From Pristiophorus japonicus (lineage: Eukaryota): a stretch of 64,000 nucleotides of DNA. Of this stretch, positions 34,060 to 48,015 are shown one piece after another. The stretch lies in assembly GCF_044704955.1 (NCBI RefSeq), contig NC_091984.1, positions 144,026,001 to 144,090,000 on the forward strand, written 5' to 3'. The position numbers were made by a program, and so were the translations under genes. Position 1 is the stretch's first letter, and the number at the start of each line of letters is the position of its first letter. The notes beneath the pieces were generated by a model. That model saw only the letters and a list, made by a program, of their open reading frames with translations. It was not told the DNA's origin and did no database searches.

Positions 34060-36510
34060 ATTAAATAGAGGCATAGCAGGGCAGTTCTGTCCCGTGCAGT
34101 GCACATCCTGTGCCATGTGGGAAGTCCTGGACGCTTCTCGTGGCCTGGACGACTACATGTGCAGGAAGTGTCAGAGACTGAGCTGGAGTCACTGCGGTGC
34201 ATCCGCGAGGCTGAGAACTTCGTGGATAGCACGTTTCTAGAGGTGGCCACCCTGCAGCTTAAGAGTGTGCAGGCAGAGAGGGAATGGGTGACCACCAGAC
34301 AGAAGAGGAGGTCCAGGCAGGTAGTGCAGGAGTCCCCTGAGTCCAACTCGCTCTCCAACCAGTATTCTGTTCTGAGTACTGGTGGGGGCGATGGTGCCTC
34401 TAGGAAGTGCAGCCAGAGCCAAGTCCACAGCACCACGGGTGGCTCAGCTGCACAGGGGGGAGGAAGAAGAGTGGAAGAGCAATAGTGGTAGGGGATTCGA
34501 TAGTTAGGGGAACAGACAGGCATTTCTGCGGCCGCAGACGTGACTCCAGGATGGTATGTTGCCTGCCTGGTGCCAAAGTCAAGGATGGCACTGATTGGCT
34601 GCAGTACATTCTGAGGGGGGAGGGTGAACAGCCAGAGGTTGTGGTCCATATCGGTACCAATGACATAGGTAGAAAGAGGGATGAGGTCCTACAGGCAGAG
34701 TTTAGGGAGCAAGGAGAGAGAATAAAAAGCAAGACCTCAAAGGTAGTAATCTCCGGATTACTCCTGGTGCCATGTGCTAGTGAGTACAGAAATAGGAGGA
34801 TAGAGCAGATGAATGCGTGGCTGGAGAGATGGTGCAGGAGGGAGGGCTTTAGTTTCCTGAGGCATTGGGACTGTTTCTATGGGAGGTGGGATATGTACAA
34901 ACTGGACGGGTTGCATCTCAACAGAGCTGGAATCAATATTCTTGCGGGGATGTTTGCTTGTGCTGTTTAGGAGGGTTTAAACTAGCTTGGCAGGGGGATG
35001 GGAACTGGAGAATAGATTCAGTGGGGAGAGAAGCAAAGCTGGAATTGGAAAGCAGAAAAGGAGAAATTGAATTTGGAAGAAAGAGGAAAGAAACCTAGAA
35101 AATAGACAACAAGGCAGTTTGGCAGTGCTCAATGGTATATACTTCAAGCAAGGAGTATAGGGAATAAGGCAGATGAGCTGAGAGCACAGATAGACACTTG
35201 GGAGTACGATATTATAGCTATTACTGAGACATGGCTGAAAGAAGGGCAGGTATGCCAACTCAACATTCCTGGTTACAGCCTTTCCTGATGGGATAGAGAG
35301 GGGGATAAAAAAGGAGGAGTTCGCAGTTGTGAAACAATTGAAAGAAACAATTACAGCTGTGAGGAGGGATGATATGTCGGAAGGATCATCAAATGAGGCC
35401 ATATAGGTCGAATTGAAGAACGAAAAAGGGGTAATCACACTGCTGGGAGTGTACTATAGACCCCCAAACAGTCAGAGGGAGAGAGAAGAGCAAATATGTA
35501 GGCACGTTTCTGACAAGTGCAAAAGCTATAGGGCAGTTATAGTAGGGGATTTCAACTACCCTGATATTAACTGGGATAAAATTAGTGTGGAAGATATAGA
35601 AGGTGCGGGATTCCTAAAATGCATTCAGGAGAATTTTTTTAGCCAGTGTGTAACGAGCCCAACAAGGGAGGGGACGGTTCTTGACTTGGTTTTGGGGAAT
35701 GAGGAGGGGCAGGTGGAAGGGGTATCAGTGGGGGAGAGCATTTTGGTGCCAGTGATCATAATTCAGTTAGATTTAGGATAGTTATGGAAAAGGACAAAGA
35801 TAGACCAGGAATAAAAGTTATCAACTGGGGAAAAGCCAATTTAGCTGAGCTGAGATGAGATTTGGCCAAAGTGGACTGGAAACGGCTACTTGAAGGTAAA
35901 TCAGTGTCAGAGCAGTGGGAGGCATTCAAGGAGGAAATCCTGTGGTTTCAGAGTAAGTCTGTTCCCTTAAAGAAAAAGGGTGGGACTAACAAATCTAGAG
36001 GCCCCTGGATGTCAAGGGAAATACAGTGGAGAATAAAGTAAAAAATGGAGGCTTATGGCAGATACCGAGGGCTCAATACTGCAGGAACTTTAGAGGAGTA
36101 TAGAAAGTGCAGGGGTGCAATGGCTGATGGGTGTTTTTGTGACTGGAAGGCTGTTTCCAGTGGGGTTCCGCAGGGCTCAATGCTGGGTCCCTTGCTTTTT
36201 GTGTATATATCAATGATTTAGACTTAAATGTCGGGGTATGATGTAGAAGTTTGCAGATGATAGTAAAATCGGCTGAGTGGCTGATAATGAAGAAGAAAGC
36301 TGCAGACTGCAGGAAGATATCAATGAAATGGTCAGGTGGGCAGAACAGTGGCAAATGGAATTTAATCCGGAGAAGTGTGAGGTCATGCATTTGGGGAGGT
36401 CAAACAAGGCAAGGGAATACATATTAAATGGGAGGACACTGAGAGGTGTAGAGGAACAAAAGGACCTTGGTATGCATGTCCACAGATCCCTGAAGGTAGC
36501 AGGCCAGGTA
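34060..36510 (+). mobile_element. CR1 LINE of a second subfamily, with ORF1 and an internally deleted ORF2
   Basis: ORF1 GDSIVRG...CLPGAKV; endonuclease YYRPPN and GDFN. Jumps at about 36120 into the RT region (FADD-like, WQMEFN). Confidence 0.85.
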
Positions 36511-36949
36511 GATGGGTTTTAACGACAATCCGCCAGTTTCATGGTCACCATTACTGACACTAGCTTTTTATTCCAGATTTATTTAATTAACTGAATTTAA
36601 ATTTCCCAGCTGCCATGGTGGGATTTGAATTCGTGTCTTGGTCATTAGTCCAGGCCATAGTAGTCCATAGCTCTTTCAAAGAGCCAGCACAGGTTTGATG
36701 GGCCGAATGGCTTCCCTCTATGCTGTGAGATGCTGTGATTAAGGAGCGGGGCTCCAACTAGCGTAGGCAATGTGGGTTGAAGGGTTGAAAGCAGGGGTTT
36801 GGGTGGAGCCCATAGAGATGTACCACAAGGGGGCGCTACATCATCGATTGATCCAATTATTGGTAGCGGGGAAACCGGGGATGGAAATAGTTTCAATAAA
36901 ATGTATGCTGTGACTTTTAAAGTGGTCAACACCACCAGCACGATCATAG

Positions 36950-37730
36950 AATCACAGAAAATTACAGCACGGAAGGAGGCCTTTCAGCACATCGTGTCCG
37001 CGCCGGCCAACAAAGATCTATCCAGCCTTATCCCACTTTCCAGCTCTGGGTCCGTAGCCCTGTGAGTTACGGCACTTTAAGGGCACATCCACGTATTTTT
37101 AAATGTGGTGAGGGTTTCTGCCTCTACCACCCTTTCAGGCAGTGAGTTCCAGACCCCCACCACCCTCTGGGTGAAGAATTGTTTCCTCATCTCCCCTCTA
37201 AACCTTCCACCAATTACTTTAAATCTATGCCCCCTGGTTGTTGACTCCTCTGCTAAGGGAAATGGGTCCATTCTATCTACTCTATCTCGGCCCCTCATCA
37301 TTTTATACACCTCAATAAGGTCTCGCCTCAGCCTCCTTTGCTCCAAGGAAAACACACCCAACAAATCCAATCTTTCCTCATAGCTAAAATTCTCCAGTCC
37401 TGGCAACATCCTCGTGAATCTCTTCTGTACCCTCTCTCGTGTAATCACATCTTTCCGGTAATGTGGTGACCAGAACTGCACGCAGTACTCTAGCTGTGGC
37501 CTAATTAGAGTTTTATACAGTTCAAGCATAACCTCCCTGCTCTTGTATTCTGTGCCTCGACTAATAAAGTCAAGTATTCTGAGTGCCTTTTTAACCATCT
37601 TATCGACCTGGCCTGCTACCTTCAGGGATCTGTGGACATGCACTCCAAGGTCCCTCCATTCCTCCACCCCTCTCAGTACCCTCCCATTTATTGTATATTC
37701 CCTTGCCTTGTTGCCCCTTCTCAAATGCAT
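36950..37730 (-). mobile_element. CR1 3' fragment
   Basis: RDLGVHVH...LEYCVQFWSP...FFTQRVV on the minus strand. Confidence 0.85.
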
Positions 37731-38404
37731 TAGAACATGGCTGCAGTTAGAGCAGCCTTTCCACCCGCTGACAGCACTCACTGAGTCTGACTCATGGCAT
37801 CGATCAGCTGGACATTGATCTGGAAACACCAGCCCCCTGGTGAGGGAATCAAGGCTCTGATGTGACTGATAAAAGTCAAGATGAGGTTGTGGAGGTACAC
37901 AGCTGCTGCTGTATACAATGAACAGGAGGAGGCTATTCAGCCCCTCGAGCCTGTTCCCCCATTCAATCAGATCATGGCTCATCTGTATCTGAACTCCATC
38001 CACCCGCCTTGGTTCCACAAGTTCCAAGGCCTATACTCTCTAGAGTTTAGAAGAATAAGAGATGATCCCATTGAAACATACCCAATTCTGACAGGGTAGA
38101 TGCAGGGAGGATGTTTCCTCTGGCTGGGAAGTCTAGAACCAGGGCTCACATTCTCAGAATAAGGGGTCGGCCATTTAGGACTGAGATGAGGAGAAACCTC
38201 TTCATTCAGAGGGTGGTGAATCTCTGGAATTCTCCACCCCAGAGGGCTGTGGAGGCTCAGTCCTTGAGTATATTCAAGACAGAGATCGATAGATTTTTGA
38301 ATATTAAGGGAATCAAGGGATTTGGGGGCAGTGCAGGAAAGTAGGTGAAGGTGGGGGGCGCGGTGTGGCAGGACAAGAGGCCTATTCCTGGGGGGGAGTG
38401 GTTA

Positions 38405-38868
38405 ATTCGCACCAAGTCCCGCTCACCCATCACCCCCGCTGACCTACATTGGCTTCCGGTTAAGCAGTGCCTCGATTTTTAAATTCCCATCCTTGTTTTC
38501 AAATCCCTTCATGGCCTCGCCCCTCCCTATCTCTGTGATCTCCTCCAGCCCCACAACCCCCCGAGATGTCTGTGCTCCTCCAGTTCTGCCCTCCTGAGCA
38601 TCCATGATTATAATCGCTCAACCATTGGTGGCCGTGCCTTCTGTTGCCGAGACCCCAAGCTCTGGAACTCCCTCCCTAAATCTCTCCGCCTCTCTACCCA
38701 TCTTTCCTCCTTCAAGACGCTCCTTAAAACCTACCTCTTTGGTCACCTACACTAATTTTTTCTTATGTGACTTGGTGTCAAAGTTTGTATCTCATAATAC
38801 TCCTGGGAAGTGCCTTGGGACGTTTCACTACGTTAAAGGCACTATATAAATATAAGTTGTTGTTGTTG
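38405..38868 (+). mobile_element. L2 LINE 3' fragment
   Basis: Homologous to 15050-15510; (TTG)n tail. Confidence 0.75.
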
Positions 38869-38935
38869 AATTGAGGCAAAATCTGGTATTCTGGATGTCG
38901 CCGCTCCTTTTCACGCCCTCTCCAAAGCACGCACA

Positions 38936-40300
38936 GCAAATGTAACGCCCCTATTTAAAAAAGGAGGCAGACAGAAAGCAGGAAACTATAGACCAGTTAG
39001 TCTAACATCTGTCGTTGGGAAAATGCTGGAGTCCATTATTAAGGAAGCAGTAGCAGGACATTTGGAAAAGCATTGTTCAATCAAGCAGAGTCAGCACGGT
39101 TTTATGAAAGGGAAATCATGTTTGACAAATTTTCTGGAATTCTTTGAGGATGTAACGAGCAGGGTGGATAAAGTGGAACCAGTGGATGTGGTGTATTTGG
39201 ATTTCCAGAAGGCATTCGATAAGGTGCCACATAAAAGGCACAAGATAAAAGTTCACGGGGTTGGGGGTAATATATTAGCATTTATCGAGGATTGGTTAAC
39301 TAACAGAAAACAGGGAGTCAGAATAAATGGGTCATTTTCCCGTTGCCAAACGGTAACTTGTGGGGTGCCACGGGGATCAGTGCTGGGGCCTCAATTATTT
39401 ACAATCTCCATTAATGACTAAGGGACCGAGTGTAAAGTAACCAAGTTTGCTGGGAGGACAGACGCACCAACATTAGTGTCCTCGACCAGACCAACATCCC
39501 CAGTATTGAAGCACTGACCACATTGATCAGCTTTGCTAGGCAGGCCACATTGTCCACATGCCAGACATGAGACTCCCAAAGCAAGCGCTCTCCTCGGAAC
39601 TCCTTCACAGCAAACAAGCCAAAGATGGGCAGAGGAATATTACGAGGACACCCTCAAGGTCTCCCTGATAAAGTTCAACATCCCTACTGACACCTGGGAG
39701 TCCCTGGCCAAAGACCTCCCTAAGTGGAGGAAGTGTATCCTGGAGGGCGCTGAGCACTTCGAGTCTCATCGCCGAGAGCATGCAGAACCCAAGCACAGGC
39801 AATGGAAGGAACGCGCGGCAAACCTGTCCCACCCTCCCTTCACCTCAACAACTATATGTCCCACCTGTGGCAGGGACTGTTCAGCCACCTAACGACTCAT
39901 TCTACGAGTAGAGGCAAGTCTTGCTCGATTACGAGGGACTGCCTATGATGATGGGTGGGAAAGCAAATTGTGAGGACACAAAAAATCTGCAAAGGGATAT
40001 AGACAGGCTAAATGAGTGGGTAAAATGTTGGAAGATGGAGTATAATGTGGGAAAATGTGATGTAATTCACTTTGGCAGGAAAGCAATTTATTTTTTAATT
40101 GGAGAAAAATTGCAAACTGTTGCAGTGCAGAGGGACCTGAGGGTCCTGGTGCATGAAACACAAAAAGTTAGTATGCGGTACAACAAGTGATCAGGAAAGC
40201 AAATGGAATATTGGCCGTTATTGTAAGGGGCGGGGCGGGGGGGGGGGGGGGGAGTATAAAAGTAGGGAAGTCCTGCTACAACTGTACAGGGTATTGGTGA
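38936..40300 (+). mobile_element. CR1 RT fragment containing a nested RTE-clade LINE 3' fragment (about 39452-39952)
   Basis: QHGFMKGKSCLTN, YLDFQKAFDKVPH and KFA, then RTE sequence (NIPSIEAL, DTLKVSL...IPTDTWESLA) with a (GAT)n tail, then CR1 resumes. Confidence 0.8.
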
Positions 40301-41209
40301 GACCCCCCTGAGAACCCCCACACCCGATCGCCCAGGTTCCCCCCTTCCCACAAGGTCAGCCCCCGATCACTCCCCTGGTCTACCCTCCACCCCCCCCGCC
40401 CCCCAACCCTCCTCCCCCCAGCCCCCTAACGACCCCCGACTCCCCCAGGAGCTGGAGCATCTCCTCAGGCCAACATAACAGTGCTGGGTAGCAGTCACTA
40501 ACACACAGACACACACCTACAGACAGTGCCAGGTCACACACACACACACACACACACACCTACAGTCAGTGCTGGGTAACAGTCACACACACACACTTAC
40601 ACACCTATAGACGGTGCTGGGGAACAGTCACACACACAACACACACACACCTACAGACGGTGCTGGGGAACAGTCACACACACACACACACCTACAGGTG
40701 GTGCTGGGTAAGCCACACTAACATTCAGGGGCATGTACACAGTGATACACTGACTGCTCCTCTCCCTAAGCTGAGGCCTCACTCGGTACAGTTTTGTGCT
40801 GCTGCCACGAGCCACACGTTAAGGAGAGAGAATGCAACGTTGTGACTGTGGCCTTCTGCCCCCAGATTGCCCCCAGCAGTCAGCACAGAGTGATCCCACC
40901 ATCGGGGGCTGCCCCAACACCCCTAGTGTGCAGAGTGAGAGCCAATGCTAAAACTGGGAGGGTTGAACACCAGCAGCTTTTAGTGCCTCTGTGTTTAATC
41001 TTGTGCACTCCAGGGGTTCGAGGTCAAATTGATCCTTTCAAAATGATTGAAAAATTGGCTTTGAATCAAATCTCCTGCTGACTTGCCATTGATTGACAGC
41101 ACACCCAGCCAATCAGGAAAGACACTTACTGAAATGCAGCCAATCCAGCTGAGGGGGAGGTGGGACATTTCCAAAGCACTCGCCAGACACAGACTGAATA
41201 TTCTTCACG

Positions 41210-41310
41210 TTTATTGCCTTTTACAGATTCACATTTACAGAAACAAGACTTGAATAAACAGCCCAGCGAGAGCGAGCTGGAGACATTCACAGGGAGAATG
41301 CAGCTTTATT
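41210..41310 (-). terminator. Candidate poly(A) signals of the Ig light-chain transcript
   Basis: Two minus-strand AATAAA hexamers (TTTATT at 41305-41310 and 41210-41215), 630-730 bp downstream of the C stop codon. Confidence 0.55.
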
Positions 41311-41505
41311 AAAACAATTGTGGGGATTTTCTCCACACCGAGAGAATCCTGTCCCTTTAAACGGGGACAAAACCTTGAATTGTAACAGCAGGGTGAGCAG
41401 GGAGAGGGTCTGCTTACTGAAGCGTCACTTCGCAGTTTAACATTAGTTTTACTCTGCTGACAGTCTTCAGCATCTTCGAGAGGTTTTACTTGGCAGCACG
41501 AGTCA

Positions 41506-41783
41506 ACACTGTCCCATCAAACACTTCCAGGGCAGGTACAGCACGGGTTATAAACAGAGTAAAGCTCCCTCCACACTGTCCCATCAAACCCTCCCAGGGC
41601 AGGTACAGCACGGCTTAGATACAGAGTAAAGCTCCCTCTACACTGTCCCATCAAACACTCCCAGGGCAGGTACAGCACGGGTTAGATACAGAGTAAAGCT
41701 CCCTCGACACTGTCCCATCAAACCCTCCCAGGGCAGGTACAGCACGGGTTATAAACAGAGTAAAACTCCCTCAACACTGCCCC
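41506..41783. repeat. 67-bp tandem repeat (about 4.1 copies) in the putative Ig L 3' UTR
   Basis: ACACTGTCCCATCAAAC... units start at 41506, 41573, 41640, 41707 and 41774. Confidence 0.9.
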
Positions 41784-41940
41784 AATAACGTGCCTTACCC
41801 TCTGACCCTCAGATGCTTTCCCTGACCCAGTCCCGAGAAGGAAGAGAGTAGAAATGCAGTGCTGACAATGACCTTTGTCCTCCCGGCTCACCCCCTGTTC
41901 TATTTAAAGTTGCGTCTCCCCGCGGACTGTCCCTGACACA

Positions 41941-42269
41941 CTACGCACATTCTGCTCTCCTGATGCCCTTGCTGAGGGGAGAGGAGAGACTCTCGTGGGT
42001 GAGGCTGCAGGAGAAGCTGGCGTTGGACTCCCAGTCGGAGCCAGAGAGGGTCAGCAGGCTGCTGACACTGTAGGTGTTGTCCGAAGCTCGCAGGTAGTCG
42101 CTGGTCTGGACCCCGGCCGAAATGGTCGACCCGTCCTTCTTCCACTCCACCTCCACCGCATCGGGGTAGAAGTGATCGGCGAGGCACACCAGGGTGGCAG
42201 TGCCCTTAGTCGTGACCTCCTCCGTGGAGGGGGGCAGTAGGGTCAGCGTGGGTGGTGTCTTCCCTCGGC
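41941..42269 (-). CDS. IGKC: Immunoglobulin light-chain constant exon, kappa-type (shark type III/NS4-like)
   Basis: Acceptor CTCCCTTTCAG|GC, phase 1. Encodes (S)RGKTPPTLTLLPPSTEEVTTKGTATLVCLADHFYPDAVEVEWKKDG...DNTYSVSSLLTLSGSDWESNASFSCSLTHESLSSPLSKGIRRAECA*, a C1-set domain with the penultimate interchain Cys. Confidence 0.97.
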
Positions 42270-42522
42270 CTGAAAGGGAGGAGAAAGATGCTTAATAGGT
42301 GTATATTAGTCTGTGTGTATGTGTGTGTGTGTGTGTCACTGTGACTGTTTCCGTGTGGGGATAATTCACAACTGAAAACGGAGAGCTGGGTTAATGAACT
42401 CCTGGCTGGTGATTAACCATTCGAGGCGAGCATCACTAATTCTTAATCTTCTTTGCCTCACTTGATAAGTTTAATCTAAATATAAATGCGTTTGATCTTA
42501 AAGTGATTTAAAAAAGTATTTC

Positions 42523-42941
42523 ATTTATATAGCGCCTTTCAAAACCACCAGACATCTCAAAGTGCTTTACAGCCAATGAAGTATAGTCACTGTTGTAATG
42601 TGGGAAACACAGCAGCCAATCTGCACACAGCAAGCTCCCACAAACAGTGATGTGATAACGACCTGATAATCTGTTCTTCTGTCATGTTGGTTGAGGGGTA
42701 AATATTGACCAGGACACCAGGGAGAACTCTGCTGCTCTTCTTCGAAATAGTGTCCTGAGAGGGCAGACGGGGCCTCAGTTTAATGTCTCATCTGAAAGAC
42801 AGCACCTCCAACAGTGCAGCACTCCCTCAGCACTGCACTGGAGTGTCAGCGTAGATTCTTGTGCTCAAGTCCCTGGAGTGGGACTTGAACTCACAACCTT
42901 CTGACTCAGAGGCGAGAGTGCAACGCACTGAGCCACAGCTG
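42523..42941 (-). mobile_element. Intact tRNA-derived SINE (Deu-domain/SacSINE-like)
   Basis: Minus-strand head with a B-box-like AGTTCAAGTCCC. Body shared with copies at 32314/33634, 49630-49830 and 56975-57140. Confidence 0.75.
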
Positions 42942-45280
42942 ATACTCAAAATCATATTGGATTGTTGTATAAACATCTGCAGTGCAGGGTTGGCACCCAT
43001 TCAGCACTGAAATGGTTAACAGTAAGAGTCGGTAAAGATTGAGTGTCCCGTTAAGACGTTGTTCACTGGCAGGAAGCTCGAACTGTAGATGGGTGGATAC
43101 AGGGGAAATAGGCTCAGCAGTGAGAAAGCTCAGATCACACACAGATCGGGAGAACTTTATCCGGGAACATTGCGGCACACTTGTATAAAAACACTGCAGT
43201 AAGGCTTCATGTTGGGGGTCGGTATAGAAGCTTCTAGATTGCATTTAAAAGCTTGCTGCCCAGCACCGCGGTGAGGCCCAGGGTGAGGATACAATTAGCC
43301 TCAGTTTACCGGGGTCAGGCAGGGTCACTGCTCCCAATGATCCTGTGACCTCCTGGAAGGTCAGAGTGCGCGGACAATGAGCGAGGGTCAGGATCAGGGT
43401 CCACCCACTTCAATGAAAGAAAGCCTTGAATTTATATAGCGCCTTTCACAGCCTCAGGACGTCCCAAGGTGCTTTACAACCAATTGCACACAGGCAGATT
43501 TACGAGGATGTTGCCTGGACTGGAAAATGTTAGCAATTAGGAAAGATTGGATCTGCTGTAGTGTTTTCCGTGGAACAGAGGAGGCTGGGGGAGACCTTAT
43601 TGAGGTGTATAAAATTATGAGGAGCCAATATAGAGTGGATAGGAAGGCTCTATTTCCCTTAGCAGACTGGTGAACAACCATGGCATAGATTTAAAGTAAT
43701 TGGTGGAATGTTTATGTGGGTATTTGAGGGGAAATGTCTTCACCCAGAGGATGGTGGGGGTCTGGAACTCACTGCCTGAAAGGGTGGTAGAGGCAGAAAC
43801 CCTCACCACATTTAAGAATTACTTGGATGTACACTTGAAGTGCCGTAACCTATAGGGCTCAGTCTCTGGGCTCACACTGGGACAGTGAGCCCACTTGGGG
43901 AGGGGAGCTGTGACCCAGCCAGAGGTAGTGCCTTCAGGAGTGAGATGGGGAACAGATGACGAGCAGCCTGTGGTGTAGAGGGGAGACATTTCATCGGCCG
44001 AGGGCAGGTGCTGAGCCTGTTTACCTGTAAGAATGTGGTAAGTGGATGGGGAAAGTGGGCCGGGCACTGAGGTAACGTCCTGTGTTGCTGGTCGAATTGG
44101 TCATTTTAAACATGGCATCTTCCCATTCTCCCTGCCACATGTCTCCGTGGTTGGTTTTACAGAACCTTACAGTCCCCCGTTAAAACACTCTGTCTCAGGA
44201 TGTTTTCAAAATGTGAAGCAAAACCTTTTCCCTCTCACAGAGCCAATCTTCCCCAAATCTTACCTAAACCCATGATAAAACATTAAAATACACCAATGGT
44301 ATTCATACATTTGGAATCAATACAATACTGAAAATGTAAAAAGGTTTCTCAACCAATACCCTTCACCAAATTCATTATAGTATATATGTAAGGTTCTGCA
44401 AAACCAACCATGGAGACATGTGGCAGGGAGAATGGGAAGATGCCATGTTTAAAAAGATGCCATGTTTAAAATGACCAACTGCAGCCAACAGCCTGTAAAC
44501 CGCGGAGGATGATGGGACTCTGGCCACCCTGTACAGTACCAGACAGTGTTGCATGGGCACGGAACCGGACGGGGGATGAGCCAGCTACGGTGGGGGGAGA
44601 GGAGTGTACATTTGGTTCTTCCAGGAAAATGGATACAAGGCAACTTTATATTTTGAAAGGACATTTCTCCAGCTTTTTGTGTAAAAACCTCACAGAAGAG
44701 GCAACATGTCCAGGCAAAACCTCCCCAGTAATACACAAGGCAACAGAATGGGTATCAGTTGAATAATTAAACAAAGGCCCACAGGTCTGATGCAATCATT
44801 TTGGCCAGCTCAGACAGAGTGGCACATCTGTCGAGGTAGTTAACAATCATCTTCATTCACCCCATCAGTGAGCGACAGGATACAGGAGGTGTGGCTAATC
44901 TCCCATTCCAGACAGATCGATACACATCGAACTTCCATTCACACCCCATTTTATTCAAGGAAGACCCAAGACAATGGCATACAGTTTTGGCGCGAACATG
45001 AACAGACTATAAGAAAATCTGCAAAAACACACAAGGGTTGTTGGAGGTTTGGGTTGGAGGTTGAAGGTGTTGGATGTTGGGGGTTGGAGGTTGGAGGTTT
45101 TGGAGGTTGGGGGTTGGAGGTTGGAGGTTGGAGTCAGCTTTTGCATTGAGTTGTAGAGTTGAGTTAAGAAGGTGGGAGTCAGTTTTTGTTGTGGATGAGT
45201 TGAGTTAAAGGGGAGTTGAGTCAGCTCTTCACAGAGTCCTCGCTCTGGGGAAAGTGTGCTTAACTCCAACAGCTTTTTGC

Positions 45281-47822
45281 TTGGGAGGGCATCAAACAGG
45301 AAATTAGGGGTGCATGCAATAAAGGTGCAGCAGTTATCATGGGTGACTTTAATATGCACATAGATTGGGCTAAACAAACTGGAAGCAATACGGTGGAGGA
45401 GGATTTCCTGGAGTGCATAAGGGATGGTTTTCTAGACCAATATGTTAAGGAACCAACTAGGGGGGAGGCCATCTTAGACTGGGTGTTGTGCAATGAGAGA
45501 GGATTAATTAGCAATCTCGTTGTGCGAGGCCCCTTGGGGAAGAGTGACCATAATATGGTGGAATTCTACATTAGGATAGAGAAAGAAACAGTTAATTCAG
45601 AGACCATGGTCCAGAACTTAAAGAAGGGTAACTTTGAAGGTATGAGGCATGAATTGGCTAGGATAGATTGGCGAATGATACTTAATGGGTTGACAGTGGA
45701 TGGGCAATGGCAGACATTTAGAGACTGCATGGATGAACTACAGCAATTATACATCCCTGTCTGGTGTAAAAATAAAAAAGGGAAGGTGGCTCAAGGGAAA
45801 TCAAGGATAGTATTAAAGCCAAAGAAGAGGAATACAAATTGGCCAGAAATAGCAGCGAACCTAGGGACTGGGAGAAATTTAGAACTCAGCAGAGGAGGAC
45901 ATAGGGTTTGATTAGGGCAGGGAAAATGGAGTACGAGAGGAAGCTTGCAGGGAACATTAAGACGGATTGCAAAAGCTTCTATTGATATGTAAAGAGAAAA
46001 AGGTTAGTCAAGACAAACGTAAGTTCCCTGCAGTCAGAATCAGGGGACGTCATAATGGGGAACAAAGAAATGGCAGACAAATTGAACAAGTATTTTGGTT
46101 CGTTAATCACTAAGGCGGACACAAACAACCTTCCGGATATAAAAGGGGTCAGAGGGTCTAGTAAGAAGGAGGAACTGAGGGAAATCCTTATTAGTCGGGA
46201 AATTGTGTTGGGGAAATTGATGGGATTTGAAAGCCGATAAATCACCAGGGCCTATTGGTCTGCATCCCAGGGTACTTAAGGAGGTGGCCTTGGAAATAGC
46301 GGATGCATTGACAGTCATTTTCCAACATTCCATAGAGTCTGGATCAGTTCCTATGGAGTGGAGGGTAGCCAATGCAACCCCACTTTTTAAAAAAGAAGGG
46401 AAAGAGAAAACAGGGAATTATAGATCGGTCAGCCTGGTATCGGTAGTGGGTAAAATGATGGAATCAATTCTTAAGGATGTCATAGCAGCGCATTTAGAAA
46501 GAGGTGACATGATAGGTCCAAGTCAGCATGGATTTGTGAAAGGGAAATCATGCTTGACAAAACTTCTGGAATTTTTTTGAGGATGTTTCCAGTAGAGTGG
46601 ACAAGGAAGAACCAGTTGATGTGGTGTATTTGGACTTTCAGAAGGCTTTCGACAAGGTCCCACACAAGAGATTAATGTGCAAAGTTAAAGCACATGGGAT
46701 TGGGGGTAGTGTGCTGACGTGGATTGAGAACGGGTTGTCAGACAAGAAGCAAAGAGTAGGATTAAATGGGTACTTTTCAGAATGGCAGGCAGTGACTAGT
46801 GGGGTACCACAAGGTTCTGTGCTGGGGCCCCAGCTGGTTACATTGTACATTAATGATTTATACGAGGGGATTAAATGTAGTATCTCCAAATTTGCGGATG
46901 ACACTAAGTTGGGTGGCAGTGTGAGCTGCGAGGAGGATGCTATGAGGCTGCAGAGTGACTTGGATAGGTTTGGTGAATGGGCAAATGCATGGCAGATGAA
47001 GTATAATGTGGATAAATGTGAGGTTATCCACTTTGGTGGTAAAAACAGAGAGACAGACTATTATCTGAATGGTGACAGATTAGGAAAAGGGGAGGTGCAA
47101 CGAGACCTGGGTGTCATGGTATGTCAGTCATTGAAGGTTGGCATGCAGGTACAGCAGGCGGTTAAGAAAGCAAATGGCATGTTGGCCTTCATAGAGAGGG
47201 AATTTGAGTACAGGGGCAGGGAGGTGTACTACAGTTGTGCAGGGCCTCTGTGAGGCCACACCTGGAGTATTGTGTACAGTTTTGGTCTCCTGACCTGAGG
47301 AAGGACATTGTTGCTATTGAGGGAGTGCAGCGAAGGTTCACCAGACTGATTCCCGGGATGGCGGGACTGACATTTCAAGAAAAACTGGATCAACTGGGCT
47401 TGTATTCACTGGAGTTCAGAAGAATGAGAGGGAATCTCATTGACACGTTTAAAATACTGACGGGTTTAGACAGGTTAGATGCAGGAAGAATGTTCCCAAT
47501 GTTGGGGAAGTCCAGAACCAGGGGTCACAGTCTAAGGATAAGGGGTAAGCCATTTAGGACCGAGATGAGGAGAAACTTCTTCACCCAGAGCGTGGTGAAG
47601 CTGTGGAATTCTCTACCACAGAAAGTTGTTGAGGCCAATTCACTAAATATATTCAAAAAGGAGTTAGATGTAGTCCTTACTACTAGGCGAATCAAGGGGT
47701 ATGGCGAGAAAGCAGGAATGGGGTACTGAAGTTGCATGTTCAGCCATGAACTCATTGAGTGGCGGTGCAGGCTCGAAGGACCGAATGGCCTACTCCTGCA
47801 TCTATTTTCTATGTTTCTATGA
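45281..47822 (+). mobile_element. 5'-truncated CR1 (same subfamily as 16271 and 58529) in the J-C intron, antisense to the Ig gene
   Basis: ORF2 from MGDFN to GYGEKAGMGY with frameshifts; TATGTTTC tail. Confidence 0.95.
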
Positions 47823-48015
47823 GCCAACCGAGAGGCAACCGACGCAACATCGAGGAGTAAAACCGAACCGACCAACAACGTAAAACCCACCCCAGAGGGA
47901 CCCCGACCTGAAATAATTGCCCCCAGAACCCCGGAGTTGATAGGATTGTGAGTGTAGCCCAAACCCCCTCACAGACACAATTTAGGACAGGAATTGGTAA
48001 GAAGGTAAAAAAGGA

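Noticed and set aside
40738-40776. Isolated CACAGTG downstream of C in J-like orientation (possible kappa-deleting element)
   Set aside because: No nonamer-like sequence at 12 or 23 bp, and it lies beside a CA-rich repeat where such heptamers arise by chance.
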